This document shows positions 51,678 to 64,000 of a stretch of 64,000 nucleotides of DNA, piece by piece. This DNA comes from Eledone cirrhosa. Taxonomy: Eukaryota. The notes beneath the pieces are model-generated. The model made no database searches. It was not told the origin of the DNA and saw only the letters and a list, made by a program, of their open reading frames with translations. The position numbers and the translations under genes were made by a program. The number at the start of each line of letters is the position of its first letter. The first letter of the stretch is position 1. The stretch spans positions 1,054,001-1,118,000 of the forward strand of contig OZ024740.1 of the NCBI GenBank assembly GCA_964016885.1, written 5' to 3'.

Positions 51678-52582
51678 AGGGCGGTGCCCCAGCATGGCCT
51701 CAGCCGGATGGCTGAAACAGGTAAAAGAGTAAAAGAGTAATATATATATTTAATACATAAACTTAGAAAGCCTTAAGCTATACTCTGACTGGCAACCATC
51801 TCACTCAACAAACTTTAGGATATACCTTAGTATAATCCCAATTATATGTTTGGGGTGCTAACTATATGTATTTTGTGGACAGCCAGCTGTATTATTTTAT
51901 ATGAGATACAATTAAAATTAAAATATATATCTCTCTTTCCAAACAATTGTTTCATTATAAGTTTTTTACAAGTTGGGATAATGTATCCGGGTTATGTAAA
52001 AGCCAACATATATTTCCGTAAGAATACATGCAGGTGGGCACTTATAAATCATCAGTGGACGCCCGTAAAACATTGATACAAGAAAAAATCAGTGGTTCCC
52101 AACTTTTCTGCACCATGCCCCTCTTCAATCTAAAATATATTTATGTTCCCCTTTAATATAAACACAAACTGAGTCTTGTAAAACTAATATAAACTAGAAA
52201 TCCTATAATGTACTGGGGCCGGTATTAACAAGATAATGTATTGGATGTGTTGCTCCAGCATGGAATTAGTCGAATGAGCAACTAGAATAATAAAATGCTA
52301 GAAATAGCAGTCAAATACCCACAACCAGGACCAGATCAACTGCGCAACCGCAAAATTTTTTGACTCGATTTTTGCAATTAAGTAAGACAAGAGTTATCTT
52401 TCTTGGCAAAAACACGCTGGTTTGTTTACATTAAATTTTCTATTGTTTAAAATATTTTCACTGATTTTAAGGCAAAGTTTTTTAATGGCTGCCTCTTCCG
52501 GTTTGTGTTGTGCCTCTACAGGACAGCAGTAAACCTGCTAGAAATAGCAGTCATAGCAACATATTTACATATATTTATATAT

Positions 52583-52890
52583 CCGGGATTCCCAACGAGG
52601 GGTGCACGCCCCACTGGGGTTAATTTGAAAGTTATATAATACGACCCAACTTCCAGTTACACTTCGTCTACACATGTTATCGTGTTTCTGGCAGCACCTA
52701 CGAGAAGTTTGTTTAGATTTTGGAGTTTATTTTGATCATCGCTGCATCGTAGCTTTGTTTAAATAAAGGGTTTCTACTTTATATTAGAGTAATAACACTT
52801 TTACAAGACTGTTTGTTTTAATAATAAAGGAAGACATAAACATATTTTAGATTGAGGAGGGGCATGGTGCATAAATGGTTGGGACCACTG
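52583..52890. mobile_element. hAT/Charlie-like MITE (rearranged relatives near 42163, 42591, 52090, 62538, 63837)
   Basis: Ends CCGGGATTCCCAAC and GTTGGGACCACTG resemble CAGGGGTCCCCAA-type TIRs. Confidence 0.6.
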
Positions 52891-52894
52891 ATAC

Positions 52895-52983
<89 letters not shown>

Positions 52984-52986
<3 letters not shown>

Positions 52987-53845
52987 GATATTAAATAAAT
53001 GGAAATTATATTTATAAAACCATATGTATTTCATTATATATATTTCAGGGATATCATATTAAAAATATGTTATGCCTTCTTCAGACAAAATACAATATAG
53101 ACAGTCTTATAAATAAATAGATTCGACATACTATTAATATTTATTTTTAATATTTAGTTTTCTGTTTATTTATTTATTTTTTGTTTCTGATATTTTTTAT
53201 TAATTTTTTATTTTTATTAATTTATTAATATATTGAAATCTGCTCTCTATCTCTGCTTGATCTCTGCTAATCATGTAGAGTAAAGACAAGAATAGTATTG
53301 TTAAAATTAATATAGACTCTATATATATATGTGTGTATATACACATATATGTATACTAGAATTTTTATAGCACAATGAGAATGTTTTCGTGTGATATAGG
53401 AATTTGCAGAGCTGATCACGTAAATTCACATCGATGTTTATAGTTTTAAATCTGGGATAACCTTCTATTTATCTCAACTCTGATATAAACATATGAATTT
53501 TTTAAACTAGACATATGATCATTATTTTTTTCACACATTATAGATACGTGTCTCATTCATGAATACTGATATTTACATTATAATGCCTGTTTTATACGAA
53601 CTAATATTTCTACATTAATGAAACATAGTGTTTTTAAATCTGCCTCGTTTATGTCGTTTATGTCTGGTTATTTTTCTTTTCTCTCTATATAACGGCTGTT
53701 TTTTCTCTCCTAACCACATATATCTCTCTTTACATTAATACTAGAGCTAAATAAATAAATAAATAAATAAATAAATGTATCATTGATACGTCATTCAACT
53801 GGTGCTCAACTACCTAGTTTCTCTATCTATATCTATCTCTCTATA

Positions 53846-53923
<78 letters not shown>

Positions 53924-54384
53924 CTCTCTCTCTCTCTCTATCTATCTCCCTCTATTTTTTTCCTCTCTCTATATATCTCTCTCTGTTTCTTTACATGAAG
54001 TTCTTCTCTTTATCTATCTTTCTATCTCTCTTTATTTAGTTGCATGCATTTCTTCTTTCTCTTTGTTTTTCTTTCTTTCTTTCTTTTTACAACTGTCCAT
54101 AATATCTTTACTACCAAATCAACTTTTCAAATGCAAGTCGATGTTGAACGGTATGTCGAATCTATTTATTTATAAGACTGTCTATATTGTATTTTGTCTG
54201 AAGAAGGCATAATATATTTTTAATATGATATCCCTGAAATATATATAATGAAATAAATATGGTTTTATAAATATAATTTCCATTTATTTAATATCGTAAA
54301 TATACTCCAAATACTTGTTGAGTGCTTTTATATCAGTTATAAATATTTACTCGTTGTAACCCAACAATTTAAATATAACTTTCC
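52984..54384 (+). mobile_element. Second copy of the hammerhead-IR element, internal segment in the opposite orientation
   Basis: IR 52984-53131 versus 54151-54298. CTGAAGA...GAAA at 54198-54239. Tail 54299-54384. Confidence 0.75.
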
Positions 54385-54411
54385 ATATATATATATATAT
54401 ATATATATTAT

Positions 54412-54985
54412 ATCGTTTCTGAATTTGTTTAGCAAGATTCTTTATCTGAAAACGTGTGTTGAAACCGATATTGTTATACTTTGGGAGGGTCATGTTGCCA
54501 ATAAGAAACACACGCACCAGTTGCTTTCACTACAATTTATTATAAATTTCCGGTTGGTTGGTTGGTTCCACAACCGGACGGTTGTTCATATATTGTCAAA
54601 GTTCTTTCGTCACACATTCTGTGACCTCCTCAGTGACTGGAGATTCTTTTCTTTGTTTTGTGCCTCTCCTTTGTTCTGTCCTACGCCATCTTGTTTTTGT
54701 GTGTGTTGTGGACTTAGTTTGCGCATGTGTTACATCCGGGTGTCTGTGCGTGTTTTTATTTTTATCGAAGTATGTGTTTTTATTTTTATCACCGAAGAGG
54801 TCACAGAATGTGTGACGAAAGAACTTTGACAATATATGAACAACCGTCCCGTTGTGGTACCAACCAACCAACCGAAAATTTATAAATTTTTTGAAAAATT
54901 TTTTTTTTATTTATAATAAATTGGAGTGAAAGCAACTGGTGCGTGTATTTCTTATTGGCAACATGACCCTCCCAAAGTATAACAG
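54412..54985 (-). mobile_element. Inverted paralog of the 43475-43868 hammerhead fold-back element, with longer arms
   Basis: CUGAGGA core on - near 54595-54636, and a CCGAAGA variant on + near 54790-54830. Confidence 0.7.
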
Positions 54986-55016
<31 letters not shown>

Positions 55017-55482
55017 TGTGTGAGTGGGAGAGAGAGCACCCAAACACACACACGCACGCACAGACATCTATATATATGTGTGTGTCCGTGTGTGAGATTG
55101 GCTGCTATATATAATATATATATATATATATTTCTATATATTCATATTGATATACATTTTTTTCCGATGTTCAGATAATCTGTGGTCGTGAGGTCAATTT
55201 TCACCTCGGATTTTGAAACGTTAAAATAATTTTAAAGTTTTTTTTTTGTTATTGCTTTAGTTGCTCAATCGATGAAGAATTCTTTGTAGTATTTTTTCCA
55301 GTTCTCTAATCTGAGTTTACTTTTCTTCCATTTGGAGTTGATAATAAAGTACCAGTCAAATACTAAGGGTTAATTCTTCTTCTATATCTCTTTCTCACTC
55401 TCTGTCTGTTTTATTGAGACCTGGAGAGGAGATGTACTCTGCCAGGTTTTATAATGAGTTATGGGGTCATACCTGCCTGCAA

Positions 55483-56930
55483 CACCACTGTGTACTAAGT
55501 GTAGATTTGGATATCCTTGTTCAGGGCCTTCCTAACATTACTGTGTACTAAGTGTAGCATTTTATATCCTTGTTCAGGGCCTTCCTAACATTACTGTGTA
55601 TTAAGTGTAGCATTTTATATATTTGTTCAGGGCCTTCCTAACATTACTGTGTACTGAGTGTAGCATTTTATATCCTTGTTCAGGGCATTCCTCACATTAC
55701 TGTGTACTGAGTTTAGATTTGGATATCCTTGTTCAGGGCCTTCCTAACACCACTTTGTACTAAGTGTAGCATTTTATATACTTGTTCAGGGCCTTCTTAA
55801 CATTGCTGTGTACTAAGTGTAGCATATTATATCCTTGTTCAGGGCCTTCCTGACATTAATGTGTACTGAGTGTAGATTTGGATATCCTTGTTCAGGGCCT
55901 TCCTAACATCATTGTGTACTAAGTGTTGATTTGGATATCCTTGTTCAGGGCCTTCCTAATATTACTCTGTACTAAGTGTAGATTTGGATATCCTTGTTCA
56001 GGGCCTTCCTAACATAACTGTGTACTATGTGTAGCAATTTCTATCCTTGTTCAGGGCCTTCCTAACATTACTGTGTACTAAGTGTAGCATTTTATATCCT
56101 TGTTCAGGGCTTTCCTAACATTAGTGTGTATTAAATGTAGATTTGGATATGCTTGTTCAGGGCCTTCCTACCATTACTGTGTACTAAGTGTAGCATTTTA
56201 TATTCTTGTTCAGGGCCTTCCTAACATTACTGTGTACTAAGTGCAGATTCGGATATCCTTGTTCAGGGCCTTCCTAACATCATTGTGTACTAAGTGTTGA
56301 TTTGGATATCCTTGTTCAGGGCCTTCCTAATATTACTCTGTACTAAGTGTAGATTTGGATATCCTTGTTCAGGGCCTTCCTAACATAACTGTGTACTATG
56401 TGTAGCAATTTCTATCCTTGTTCAGGGCCTTCCTAACATTACTGTGTACTAAGTGTAGCATTTAATATCCTTGTTCAGGGCCTTCCTACCATTACTGTGT
56501 ACTAAGTGTAGCATTTTATATCCTTGTTCAGGGCTTTCCTAACATTAGTGTGTATTAAATGTAGATTTGTATATGCTTGTTCAGGGCCTTCCTACCATTA
56601 CTGTGTACTAAGTGTAGCATTTTATATTCTTGTTCAGGGCCTTCCTAACATTACTGTGTACTAAGTGCAGATTCAGATATCCTTGTTCAGGGCCTTTCTA
56701 ACATTACTGTGTACTAAGTGTAGCATTTAATATCCTTGTTCAGGGCCTTCCTAACATTACTGTGTATTATGTGTAGCATTTTATATCCTTGTTCAGGGCC
56801 TTCCTAACATTACTGTGTACTAAGTGTAGAGGGCCTTCCTAACATTACTGTGTACTAAGTGTAGCATTTTATATACTTGTTCAGGGCCTTCCTAACATTA
56901 CTGTGTTGTAAGTGTAGATTTTGATATCCT
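55483..56930. repeat. 53-bp tandem satellite
   Basis: Unit ATTACTGTGTACTAAGTGTAGCATTTTATATCCTTGTTCAGGGCCTTCCTAAC, with two alternating variants (GCATTTTA / GATTTGGA). Confidence 0.95.
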
Positions 56931-56943
56931 TGATTTTGATATC

Positions 56944-57052
56944 CTAGGTGACTCTGTGTCTCTCTAAGATCTGTACCCTAGGTGACAGGGTGTCTCTCTA
57001 AGATCTGTACCCTAGGTGACTGGGTGTCTCTCTGAGGTCTGTACCCTAGGTA
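56944..57052. repeat. 34-bp tandem repeat, about 3 copies
   Basis: CCTAGGTGAC...TCTCTCTAAGATCTGTAC. Confidence 0.85.
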
Positions 57053-57059
57053 GCTGTAT

Positions 57060-60000
57060 ATAAGGACTAGAAGTCTTTAATTAGAATGAAATAGTAGTAT
57101 ATATGCAATATTTAATACAGAAATTGCTTCAACAAGACTAAATTCATTAATATGAGGGCTATTAGTAGTATATATGCCATATTTAATACGTAAATGGCTT
57201 CTAAATGCAGAGAACTCATTTATTCGATCGAAATAGTAATGTATATTCAAAATTTAATACAGATATGCCTTCTAAAAGACTAAAACTCATTAATATGAGG
57301 GGTATTACAGTTTATATGCCATTTTTAATACAGAAATGGGTTCTAAAGGACTAAAACTCTTTAATTCGAATCAAATAGTAGTATATATGCAATATTTACT
57401 ACAGAAATGGCATCTACAAGACTAAAAATTATTAATATGAGTGTTATTGTTAGATTATATGCCACATTTAATACAGAAATGGCTTCTAAAGGACTAGAAC
57501 TCTTTAAATCGAATCAAATAGTAGTATATATCATATATTTAATACAGAAACGTCTTCTACAGGATGACAACTAATATATTTGGAGGAAATAGAAGTATAT
57601 ATGTAATATTTAATACAGAAATAGCTTCCACAGAGCTAGAAACCAGTAATTCAAAGGAAATAGTAGAGTATACACAATATTTAATACAGAAATAGCCTCT
57701 AAAATACTAGAACACTTTAATTTTAAGGAAATAGTACAGTATATGCAATATTTAATACGTAAATAGATTCCACAGGGCTAGAACTCATTAATTCGAAGGA
57801 AATAGTAGTGTATATTTAATATAGAAATAACTTCTACAGGGCGGAAACTGATTAATATGAGGGGCATTAATACATTATATGCTATATTTAATACAGAAAT
57901 TGCCTCTAAAAGACTAGAAACCTTCAATTCATAGGGAATAGTAGATTATATGCCACATATAATACAGAAATGGCCTCTAAAGGAGTAAAGCTCATTAATT
58001 TGAAGGAAATAGTAGTATATATGCCATACTTAATAAAGAAATGGCTTCTACAGGACTAAAACTCACTGATTTGTAGGATATTAGTAGATTATATGGAACA
58101 TTTAATATAGAAATGGCTTCTAAAGAGCAAAAGCTCATTAATTCAAAGGAAATAGTACATTATATGCAATATTTAATAGAGAAATGGCTTGTAAAGGACT
58201 AGAAGTCATTAATTTGAAGGATATTAGTAGATTATATGCCATATTTATTACAGAAATATTTAAGAAAGAAATGGATTCTAAGGGAGTAAAACTAATATAA
58301 TTGGAGGAAATAGTAGTATATATGCCATATTTAATAAAGAAATGGCTTCTAAAGGAGTAGAACTCTTTAATTTGAAGGGTATTAGTAGATTATATGCCAT
58401 ATTTAATACGGAAATGGCTTCTAAAGGTCTAAATCTCATTAATTTGAGTGAAATAGTATTATGAAAGCAATATTTAATACAGAAAGGGCTTCTACAGGAC
58501 TAAAACTCTTTAATTTGAAGAGTATTAATAGATTATATGCAATATTTAATACATAAATAGCTTTTTCAATGCTACAACTCATTAATTTGAACGAAATAGT
58601 AGTGTATATGCAATATTTAATACAGAAGTAGCTTCTACAGGGCTGAAACTCATTAATTTGAAGGGTATTACTAGATTTTATGCTATATTTAATACAGAAA
58701 TGGCCTCTAAAATACTAGAACTCTTTAATTTGATGGAAATAGTAGAATACATGCAATATTTAATAAAGAAATGGCTTCTTAACGAGTAAAAGTAATATAA
58801 TTAGAGGAAATAGAAGTATATATGCCATATTTAATACAGAAATGGCTTCTAAAGCACTAGAACACTTTAATTTTAAGGAAATAGTACAGTATATGCAATA
58901 TTCAATACAGAAATGACTGTCAAAGGACTAGAACTAATATATTTATAGGAAATAGTAATATATATGTAATATTTAATACAGAAATGGCTTTTGAAGCACT
59001 GGAACTCTTTAATTTGAAGGATATTAATATATTATATGCAATATTTAATACGTAAATAGATTCCACAGGGTTAGAACTCATTAATTCGAAGGAAATAGTA
59101 GTGTATATGCAATATTTAATACAGAAATAACTTCTACAGGGCGGAAACTGATTAATATGAGGGGCATTAATACATTATATGCTATATTTAATACAGAAAT
59201 TGCCTCTAAAAACTAGAAATAGTAGATTATATGCCACATATAATACAGAAATGGCCTCTAAAGGAGTAAAGCTCATTAATTTGAAGGAAATAGTAGTATA
59301 TATGCCATACTTAATAAAGAAATGGCTTCTACAGGACTAAAACTCACAGATTTGAAGGATATTAGTAGATTATATGGAACATTTAATATAGAAGTGGCTT
59401 CTAAAGGGCAAAAGCTCATTAATTCAAAGGAAATAGTACATTATATGCAATATTTAATACAGAAATGGCTTGTAAATGACTAGAAGTCATTAATTTGAAG
59501 GATATTAGTAGATCATATGCTATATTTATTACAGAAATATTTAAGAAAGAAATGGATTCTAAGGGACTAAAACTAATATAATTGGAGGAAATAGTAGTAT
59601 ATATGCCATATTTAATAAAGACATGGCTTCTAAAGCAGTAGAACTCTTTAATTTGAAGGCTATTATTAGATTATATGCCATATTTTATACAGAAATGGCT
59701 TCTAAAGGACTAAATCTCATTAATTTGAGGGAAATAGTAATGTATGTGCAATATTTAATACAGAAATTGCTTCTAAAGGACTAGAACTTGCCGATTCAAA
59801 GGAAATAGTACAGTATATGCAATATTTAATAGAGAAATAGCTTCAACAGAGCTAGAACCCATAAATTCGAAGGAAATAGTAGAGTATACGCAATATTTAA
59901 TGCAGAAATGGCTTCTAAAGGTCTAGAAATTTTAATTCAAAGGAAATAGAACATTATAGGCCATATTTAATATGGAAATGGCTTCTTAAGGACAAGAACT

Positions 60001-61852
60001 CTTTAATTCGTAGTAAATAGTATTATGAAAGCAATATTTAATACAGAAACGGCTTCTACAGGACTAAAACTCTTTAATTTGAAGAGTATTAATAGATTAT
60101 ATGCAATATTAAATACATAAATAGATTTTTCAATTTACAACTCATTAATTTAAACGAAATGGTAGTGTATATGCAATATTTAATACAGAAATAGCTTCTC
60201 CAGGGCTGAAACTCATTAATTTGAAGGGTATTACTAAATTTTATGCTATATTTAATACAGAAATGGCCTCTAAAATACTAGAACTCTTCAATTCGAAGGA
60301 AATAGAAGATTATATGCCACATATAATAAGGAAATTGCCTCTAAAGGAGTAAAGCTGATTAATTCAAGGGAAATAGTAGTGTATGTGCAATATTTAATAC
60401 AGAAATGGCTTCTAAAGGACTAGAACTCTTCGATTCAAAGGAAATAGTACTGTATATGCAATATTCAAAGGACTAGAATTAATATATTTGTAGGAAATAA
60501 TAGTATATATGTAATATTTAATACAGAAATGGCTTCTGAAGCACTAGAAGTCTTTAATTTGAAGGATATTAATAGATTATATGCAATATTTAATACGTAG
60601 ATAGATTCCACAGGGCTAGAACTCATTAATTCGAAGGAAATAGTAGTGTATATGCAATATTTAATACAGAAACGGCTTCTACATGACTAAAACTAATATA
60701 TTTGGCGGAAACGGTAGTATGTATCATCATCATCATCATTTTACGTCCACTTTTCCCTGCTTGCAAGGGTGGAACAGGAACTGATTCTGGCTTGATTTCT
60801 ACAGCTGGATGCCCTTCCTAACACCAACCTCATTTACAGTGTGTGTGTGCTGGGTGCTTTTTTTGCCTTGGCACCTCCACAACCACTTTGCAGTGGAATG
60901 ATAGGGACCCCAGTCCATCATCTCCTTTCTACAGCTGAGTAAACTGGAGCAATGTGAAATAAAGTGTTTTGCTCAAGGAAACAACGCATGACCCAGTCTG
61001 AGAATTGAACTCACAACCTTTCGATTGCAAGCCCAATGTTCTAACCACTAAGCCATGCAATATTTAATACAGAAATGGCTTCTACAGGACTAGAACTTTT
61101 AATTCAAAGGAAATAGTACATTATATGCAATATTTAATACGGAAATGGCTTCTTAAGAATAAGAACTCTTTAATTTGTAGTAAATAGTTGTATGTATGCA
61201 ATATTTAATACAGAAATGGCTGCTACAGGATTAAAACTCTTTAATTTGAAGCGCATTAATAGATTATATGTCATATTTAATAGCTTCTACAGTGCTAGAA
61301 TTCATTAATTTGAACGAAATAGTAGTGTATATGCAATATTTGATACAGAAATAACTTCTACAGGGCTGAAACTGGTTAATTTGAAAGGTATTAGTAGAAT
61401 ATTTAATGCAGAAATGGCCTTCAGAAGAATAGAACACCTCAATTCGAAAGAAATAGTAGAGTATATGCAATATTTAATAAAGAAATGGCTTCTAAAGGAG
61501 TAAAATTAATATAATTTGAGGAAATAGTAGTAAATATGCCAGATTTAATACAGAAACGTCTTCTAAAGGACAAGAACTCTTTAATTTAAAGGATATTAGT
61601 AGATTATATGCTATACCTAATACAGAAATGCCTTCTAAAGGACTAAAGCTCATTAATTTGAGGGAAATAGTAGTGTTTGTGCAATATTAATACAGAAAAG
61701 GCTTCTAAAGGAATAGAACTCTTCGATTCGAAGGAAATAGTACATTATATCCAACATTTAATATAGAAATGGTTTCTAAAGGGCTAAAGCTCATTAATTC
61801 GAAGGATATTAGTAGATTATATGCCTAATTTAATACAGAAACGGCCTCTAAA
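57060..61852 (+). repeat. 71-bp AT-rich satellite, array 2, with the same SINE at 60723-61058
   Basis: Same unit as array 1. Confidence 0.95.
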
Positions 61853-62060
61853 TAAATACGGAAAGTCAAATTCATAAGGTACCTGGAAATAAACACCTCT
61901 GGCCAATCAAGAGTAAATATTTAATACAATAACAGAGATAGTTTAAAGCTAAACTCTGACTGGTAACCATCTCACTCAACAAACATTAGGTTATATTAAA
62001 ATATAAACCCAATTTAAGTGTTTGGGGTGCTAACAATATGTATAATGTGGAAAAACCAGT

Positions 62061-62117
<57 letters not shown>

Positions 62118-62151
62118 CACCCAAACATGTATACACACATATGCATGTCCT

Positions 62152-62202
<51 letters not shown>

Positions 62203-62807
62203 ATGTCCTTCTTTCTGTTTTTATCGCTGCTATTTCTGAAGTGTCCATACATGCTAGAAATAGCAGTAAAATACCAACAACCAGGACCAATCAACTGCAC
62301 ACCCGCAACATTTTTGTCTCGATTTTTGCGATTAAGTAAAACAAGAGTTACCTTTCTTGGCAAAAACACCCTGGTTTGTTTACATTAAATTTTCTATTGT
62401 TTAAAATATTTTCACTGATTTTAATCCAAAGTTTTTTAATGACTGCCACTTCCGGTTTGTGTTGTGCCTCTACAGGACAGCAGTAAACCTACTAGAAATA
62501 GCTGTCATAGCCTGACACTCACATATATTTATATATCAGGTATTCCCAACGTGGGGTACATGCCCCACTGAGGTTAATTTGAATATAATAGGGGTCAATT
62601 TGAAAGTGATATAATACGACCCAACTTCGAGTTACACTTCGTCTACACATGTTATCGTGTATCTGGCAGCACCTACGAGAAGTTTGTTTATATTTTGGAG
62701 TTTGTTTTTATATTAAAGGGGAACATAAACATATTTTAGATTGAGGAGGGGCATGGTGCATAAAGGACACACACGTATATATATATATTTATGGATATGT
62801 ACATGTT

Positions 62808-62855
<48 letters not shown>

Positions 62856-62856
<1 letters not shown>

Positions 62857-63048
62857 GTTGTTCCGGGTTGAATCGGAGGTAACCACAGTAAGTAAGGTAC
62901 TCAATACATAGCAGAGTATAACAGTTTTAATATAGATGAGATTCTACAGGACTAGAACTGTTTCATTCATTAGAAATCATCAGGAATCCTGATGATTTCT
63001 AATGAATGAAACAGTTCTAGTCCTGTAGAATCTCATCTATATTAAAAC
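62856..63048. mobile_element. Perfect fold-back element (62-bp arms) carrying a hammerhead on each strand, with a one-sided tail
   Basis: Palindrome 62924-63048 centred on 62986. CTGATGA at 62989, GAAA at 63008, stem III ACAG/CTGT, GTA at 63025-63027. (TA)n flanks. Confidence 0.78.
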
Positions 63049-63155
63049 TATATATATATATATATATATATACACACGCGCGCGCACACGCATATATATA
63101 TATTATATATCTATATATATGTTATGTACACACATATATATATATATATATATAT

Positions 63156-63790
63156 AGTGGCTGCCAACTCGTTTTCGAGTACGGCCACTACTTTACATCC
63201 ATGTAGGATAACCCCTACCGAAGCGCTGAACGAGTGTGACTTTTTAGTCCAGCCAGCGACTTGAAACCTCTGGTACAAACACCACACCTGTGACAATTAT
63301 TGACACATAGTGCTGGGCCCATGGTCGGACAATTATTGACACATAGTGCTGGGCCCATGTGAGGACAAGTGCAGAGAGATCTCCAGATATAAAGCAATGC
63401 CTGTGCCGTGAAGCTTTTATAGTGAGCAAAGGCACTGCACAAAGCCAGTCCCACTCTCTTAACCAAGATGATATTTACCAAAAAGAAGAACAAGTCAACA
63501 TCATTGGATACCATCAGGGTTGCAGGTGTTATATCAGAGTTTTCCTTCTCCTAGAATTCTGCCTTGACAAAGGCTAAGGGGTCATCTCTCCCGGTGATTT
63601 TGGATGGCCATTGACTCTTAAGAGCTCCTTTGCCCTTTGACAGGTTTTGTTTTTAGTCCTGCAGGATGTCCAAAGTCACCCTCCTCACCAAGAAACCTTG
63701 GTGGGGTTGCCAGTTTAGTCGCCAACGACCCGACCATGAGACAGGTTGTACTGGGATACATGTTACCAGTAGCACCAACTGGTGACCTGA
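63156..63790 (-). mobile_element. Internally deleted RTE-like element (5' UTR joined to the 3' end)
   Basis: C-terminal C2H2 (CGVCTRGFKSLAGLKSH), a 3' UTR hairpin, and an HDV-like motif at the 5' end. Confidence 0.55.
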
Positions 63791-64000
63791 CATACATATA
63801 TACATACACACACAACCATATATTTATATATATATCAGTGGTCCCCAACCTTTTCTGCACCATGCCCCTCCTCAGTTTAAAATATGTTAATGTTCCCCTT
63901 TAATCTAAAAACAATCCGAGTCTTGTTAAACTAATATAAAGCAGAAATCCTTTAATGTACTGGGCCCGATATTAACAAGATAATATATTGGATGTGTTGC

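Overview
Eukaryotic, repeat-dense, AT-rich DNA, most likely from a coleoid cephalopod such as Octopus. That assignment is an inference from the C2H2 zinc-finger style, the SINE types and the microsatellite load. About 0.6-19.6 kb is a nest of non-LTR retroelements strung along (ATT)n/(TAA)n microsatellites: three Tx1/L1-like LINEs on +, two R4/Dong-like restriction-endonuclease LINEs on -, and a tRNA-SINE. About 19.7-31.7 kb is a tandem duplication of a unit made of a (GGTGT)n satellite and a C2H2 zinc-finger gene, with copy-specific Helitron insertions. 33-64 kb holds decayed LINEs, an internally deleted LTR element with a tRNA-Trp PBS, 67-, 71- and 53-bp satellites, MITEs and a large inverted duplication. 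Four signals stand out. (1) A set of (TA)n-embedded, asymmetric fold-back elements carrying type I hammerhead ribozyme motifs, resembling Penelope-like pLTRs or retrozymes. (2) The 71-bp satellite appears to be an amplified copy of one of these hammerheads with its catalytic guanosines mutated. (3) A conserved 52/53-nt GT-AG mini-intron candidate would fuse Tx1 ORF1 and ORF2 in frame in both full-length copies. (4) Both Tx1 ORF2s share a YAGD reverse-transcriptase motif while carrying divergent ORF1s. All alignments and RNA folds were done by eye, and boundaries are approximate.
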